Shown piece after piece: positions 59,397-64,000 of a stretch of 64,000 nt of DNA; position 1 is the stretch's first letter, and every line of letters begins with the position of its first letter. This stretch comes from Eledone cirrhosa (taxonomy: Eukaryota). The DNA lies in the NCBI GenBank assembly GCA_964016885.1, contig OZ024762.1, forward strand, positions 26,598,001-26,662,000. Reading direction: 5' to 3'. Both the position numbers and the translations under genes were made by a program. The notes below the pieces were generated by a model, which worked only from the letters and a program-made list of their open reading frames with translations, did no database searches and was not told where the DNA came from.

Positions 59397-60202
59397 ATAA
59401 TGGTAGCTATGGTGCTTCCATAGGCGGTATGCCAAAATTAGCACTCAATATTCATACAGAGTAGAGTGTGGATAGTATAAATAAACGAAAAATCAGTGAT
59501 GCATCTGAACCCAATTTATTGCGTGTTACAATTGTTTCGAGGGAAATAGGAAAAAGTATGACCCCGACGGCAGAGCTCAAGCTGTTTCGACGGCTATTTC
59601 GTGACCTTCAAGATAATAATATAACCTACAATCTCACTTGGAGCTTACTGTCCAGAGTTAAATCTTACACGGGAGGATGCCGTCCGTGTAACTTATGCTC
59701 GGAGGAAACATTACAAATGCTGTTTTCGAAGGACCAACTCCTAAACAAGAAAGACGTACTGGTAACCGCATGCAAACACAGATTGCGTAGGACTTATCTC
59801 GCCCTTAAACCCAATAACGACCCGGGTGGGTAGACAAGGGCTGAAACCCCCCTCCCACTTGCCGAATAAGTTAGGGGAAACACAAGCTTACATAGGTAGA
59901 TGTATCTCTTTTCTTTTCTTCTATATATTCTTCTTCCCCCTGTCTCATCCTATCACTTCCTTCCACCCCCTATTTTCTTCCTCGTCTGCTTTTCCCCTTT
60001 CGCCTACCCCGATGCAGCCCGTTGGGCCTCTGTAGCATCAGTTCCCCCACATCTGTCATTTTAAGATAGAATTGGCCAAATACGCTTTACTAACTACTTA
60101 TAGCAGATGTGTTAGACCCCTTTAATTTTGTATCATTTTTGTTACTACTCCATTTCTACAATGTTTTTCTATTCTCAACTTATTAACCTGTAAATGTAAG
60201 AT

Positions 60203-62650
60203 GTTTCTTTTATTTGCCACCAGGGCATCAAAAGTGGGACAAGTACAATGGGGGGAGTTTACAAAACAAGGCGTCCTCAATAAGGAGGAGGCAATAACAA
60301 TATATAAAAATAAAATAAAATATAACAAAAAATAAAATTTATAACAAAGTCCTCAATAGAGAGGAGGCGCCTTGGGGGGTCGCACAGACCCCCGAAAAAA
60401 GTGTGCAATCCTTCTCCGCAGGAGCACAGAGAAGGGGTGCTCCCTTGGTCTTTCATCTTCCTCACCTATAGTCTTATGTAGAGTGAAGGCCCATTCACAC
60501 GGGCCATTCTCGCCACTTTCACCCATCTTTCATAGAAACGGCTGGGGTGCAGCACCTCTCTCTCCATCCTGATCCTTCTTCCGAAATGATATCGGAAGAA
60601 ACGGACCAGTTGTTGGCCAGAGAGAAAAGTGTCTGACCTCAGTCCTTTCAGACGCGTCCACCATACAACCTCTTTCGCCATGGCCATTACGCACAGAAAC
60701 ACCGCCTCTCCTTCGTTTTTGAAGAGGGGAGGCGGCTTGATCGTTACAATAGACTCGGTGGTCAACCGGATCGGTCCCACCCTTGACAGCAGTTGTTCGA
60801 CATATCCCCACAGATCGGCAATGCCCGAGCAGTGTACCAATGCGTGTGCAACGGTTTCCTCGTCGCACACGCATCTGGGACAGACCTTTTTCGATGGGTC
60901 CCTACCCGGGCGCCCGTGTCTGTAGAGCCTTTCTCGAACGGGCAGAGCCCTTCTGTAGCATTGCCAGGCCAGGGACCTCTGGAAGTTATCCATGGGTCCC
61001 GGGCTGAATGTCCTACCGAACAGGTTGGCCAGTTCGTCTTCCTCCATGCCTAGGGCTTCTCCGAGGGCGTCGTCGCACCTGCTAACCACCAGCCCTCTAT
61101 AGAATGACGAGGTGGATTCTCCACTGACAGCCGGGTCCGCCTGCCAGAGAACCGTGAGCGCCTGGGCACACACGGTGTGCCAGGCGCCCAGTTTTCTCGG
61201 TCTTTGCTTGACCCAGGATTGCAGCTCGGTGAGTGAGACGAGTCTGGGAAAGGCTCGCCTCACAAACGGGGCCCACACCGGTTGACCGGAGAGGAATACC
61301 TGAAGGTGCCGTAGCCTTAATGCGTGTTTACGTATCATCAGCCACGGCATCCCCAGCCCTCCTTTTGAAGGGTGTTGACAGCAGATGGATCTCCTCACCA
61401 TAGGAGCCCGCTTCTTCCAAAGGAATTGGAAGAGTGGGCGCTCCATTTTGGCGAGCGTTTCCCTTGGGCAAGGCACCACGGTCAGGCGGTAGTAGATGAC
61501 GGACGCTATATAAGTGTTCGCCACCTCCGCCCGACCTTTCAGGGACAGTTTGCACTCGGCCCACTTCTGGGTCAGTGCAAACACCCTGCTCGTCACCTCA
61601 CCCCAGTTCTTCTGCACCTGGAGGTCTGGTCCGAACCAGACCCCGAGCAATTTCACCGGGCCCTCCGTCCAGCGCCCGACGATGCCATCGGAGGGCATCG
61701 ATCTTCCGCTCCACGTGCCGAGTTGCAGACCGATCGACTTGTCCCGGTTCAGCTTAGCCCCTGTAAACCTTTCGTACTCCTCCAGTAAGGTGCCGATCGC
61801 CCCGATTTCCGAGGCCGTCGACACCATTACTGTTACGTCATCGGCGTAGGCTGACACCGCTTTCCGCAATCCCGGTTCCAACGGGATGCCCTGCAACAAC
61901 TCCAACTTCCGCAGCAGTGGCTCTAGAGTCACTACATACAGAAGGAAGGAGAGAGGGCACCCCTGTCGGATGGACCGCGCGATTTCGAACGGCTCCGAGA
62001 GGTAGCGGTTCACCTTGACCCTAGAGCAGATGGGGCTGCTGTGCATGGCATTGATCCAGCCCCTGAAAACGGGTCCGAAGCTTGCCGCCGCTAGCACCGC
62101 ATCCATGTAACCATGGTCGACCCTATCGAATGCCTTAGATTGATCCAAGTTGATCAGGGCCCCACCAAAGCCGGGTTCGTTCCCAACCCTCTCTATGATG
62201 TATCGCATGAGGTGGAGGTTATCGTGGATGGACCTGGACGGGATAGCACATGTCTGCGCATCTCCCACCAGGTTGCCCACGACAAGCGCCAACCTCTTTG
62301 CTAGCACCTTGGCCAAAATCTGTAACTCTGTATTTAGCAGAGTTATGGGCCTGAAATTATTTATATCGTCCCCCTTGTTCTCGTCCTTCCTCACTAGCGT
62401 GACTACGCCCTTGGTCACAGCACAGGGAATTCTCTCGTTCTGTCGCCAGTTGCAGTAGACCGCCTCGAGGAGTTCGGGGAACAAGTCCGGCATAGCTAGA
62501 TATAGTTCGTATGGAAGACCATCGAGTCCCGGGGATTTGCGTTTGCCGCATTGGCTCAGCACATCCTCTATCTCAGCGGCTGAAATCGGCTCCTCGCAGG
62601 ACTTAGTCTCCCTGTCCGAGAGACGCGGCAGGCCGTCGAGGTATGGACCG
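60203..62650 (-). mobile_element. Young 5'-truncated Tx1 insertion (subfamily B) with a 140-bp flanking duplication
   Basis: 60063-60202 is identical to 62651-62790; 3' UTR with AATAAA. Confidence 0.95.
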
Positions 62651-62667
62651 AAGATAGAATTGGCCAA
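60466..62667 (-). CDS. Uninterrupted 5'-truncated Tx1 ORF2 reading frame (RT + CCHC)
   Basis: 733-aa open frame: KSPGLDGLP, NFRPITLLN, DQSKAFDRV, SIRQGCPLS, YADD, CPRCVCDEETVAHALVHC. The first codons come from the flank and the endonuclease is missing, so expression is doubtful. Confidence 0.75.
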   Translation of the reverse strand: MANSIFGPYLDGLPRLSDRETKSCEEPISAAEIEDVLSQCGKRKSPGLDGLPYELYLAMPDLFPELLEAVYCNWRQNERIPCAVTKGVVTLVRKDENKGDDINNFRPITLLNTELQILAKVLAKRLALVVGNLVGDAQTCAIPSRSIHDNLHLMRYIIERVGNEPGFGGALINLDQSKAFDRVDHGYMDAVLAAASFGPVFRGWINAMHSSPICSRVKVNRYLSEPFEIARSIRQGCPLSFLLYVVTLEPLLRKLELLQGIPLEPGLRKAVSAYADDVTVMVSTASEIGAIGTLLEEYERFTGAKLNRDKSIGLQLGTWSGRSMPSDGIVGRWTEGPVKLLGVWFGPDLQVQKNWGEVTSRVFALTQKWAECKLSLKGRAEVANTYIASVIYYRLTVVPCPRETLAKMERPLFQFLWKKRAPMVRRSICCQHPSKGGLGMPWLMIRKHALRLRHLQVFLSGQPVWAPFVRRAFPRLVSLTELQSWVKQRPRKLGAWHTVCAQALTVLWQADPAVSGESTSSFYRGLVVSRCDDALGEALGMEEDELANLFGRTFSPGPMDNFQRSLAWQCYRRALPVRERLYRHGRPGRDPSKKVCPRCVCDEETVAHALVHCSGIADLWGYVEQLLSRVGPIRLTTESIVTIKPPPLFKNEGEAVFLCVMAMAKEVVWWTRLKGLRSDTFLSGQQLVRFFRYHFGRRIRMEREVLHPSRFYERWVKVARMARVNGPSLYIRL

Positions 62668-63092
62668 ATACGCTTTACTAACTACTTATAGCAGATGTGT
62701 TAGACCCCTTTAATTTTGTATCATTTTTGTTACTACTCCATTTCTACAATGTTTTTCTATTCTCAACTTATTAACCTGTAAATGTAAGATAGCATTGTGA
62801 TTTTTTTAATTCTTTTCTCACTATCTAATTTTATATTTTTTTCTTTCTATTATCTTTTATTGTCCCCTACTCTCATTCGAATTACCTTTTCTATGACCTC
62901 CCTCCTTCATGTCATAACCTATCCTTAGAATCTGCTGTATACATATCACTTTCAACGCTTGACCGGCTCCACTCACTCCCCTATTCTTCTACAGGCAAGT
63001 TCAGTCACCCCTACCTCCCACCAAATGCCATGAAAAGTTAGTCCAGAAATAGCCGTCGAAACGGCTTGAGCTCTGCCGTCGGTGTCATACTT

Positions 63093-63467
<375 letters not shown>

Positions 63468-64000
63468 CCTAAAACTTCGTTAATGCTGTACTAAAATTTG
63501 TATTTTAACTCATAGAATTAACGATTGACTGATTAATTTAATTAGACAATTCTATTGATTGATTAATTGTTCATGTTTGTTTGATATCTTCTGGTTGAGT
63601 GCTTAATTCGGTTCGTCTAATTTCATTACTTTGTCTCAAATTTCGAATTCACCGCCAAAACGGGGGTTTCCTCCCTTTGAGAAAACCAGGTGTCTATAGC
63701 GAAATTTACTGCTAGAAAACACACCCGCCGAGGCTATAGAACGCAAGACTTTTTGACGAAGTAAATCCTTTGTTCTGTCGTCAAAGGCCATTAACTTGCA
63801 GACCACTGCAAGCGGAATTAGTCGATCTCGGATTTACAGAAATCTAGCGTGGATGTTATATGTGATGTATATCGTATGCGATACGATATTAGTTATGTGT
63901 TGCATTCGATCTCCGCGTGATGGTCCAGGTCAGTCAAAATCATTCCCTGAGTTCAGTTTATTTCGTTGCTTTGGCAATGCGGCTGGACTACCGGTCGCTA

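Larger units (their letters stand above)
59600..63095 (+). mobile_element. Penelope-like element 3' part (Naiad-like C-terminus) interrupted by a Tx1 insertion
   Basis: YNLTWSLLSRVKSYTGGCRPCNLCSEE..LLNKKDVLVTACKHR, then non-coding sequence colinear with 23606-24412 on both sides of the Tx1. The clade assignment is from motif recall only. Confidence 0.7.

Noticed and set aside
59600-60060. Possible selenocysteine/SECIS usage, as reported for some Naiad elements
   Set aside because: The visible Cys codons are TGT/TGC, and I could not identify a SECIS fold.
63480-64000. Complex, more GC-balanced sequence at the window end (also 37420-38240 and 46100-46560)
   Set aside because: No ORF, RNA gene or repeat terminus that I can support; left unannotated.

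Overview
This is eukaryotic, AT-rich, repeat-saturated DNA in which I can recognise no host gene. The SINE families and the dense (TA)n/(CA)n tracts point to an octopod cephalopod (inference). Contents: (i) Tx1-clade (L1-like) LINEs of two subfamilies, one ending in (ATT)n and one at (GATA)n-like sites, including a young copy flanked by a perfect 140-bp duplication; (ii) a near full-length degenerate R4/Dong-type RLE LINE; (iii) three Penelope-like (GIY-YIG) coding remnants and many short non-coding, (TA)n-flanked, often palindromic units; (iv) non-autonomous Helitrons, a deleted mariner, MITEs, tRNA-derived SINEs and satellites. The most interesting layer is RNA structure. About nine unrelated sequence families carry type I hammerhead ribozyme folds, some with non-standard cores (U3-A8, U4C, an extra nucleotide after A9, long stem II). 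Seven unrelated families also share a bulged hairpin, RCTC-[stem-loop]-TT-GAGY, with covariation, just 3' of a complete or partial hammerhead. All structures were read by eye; no folding or database search was run.
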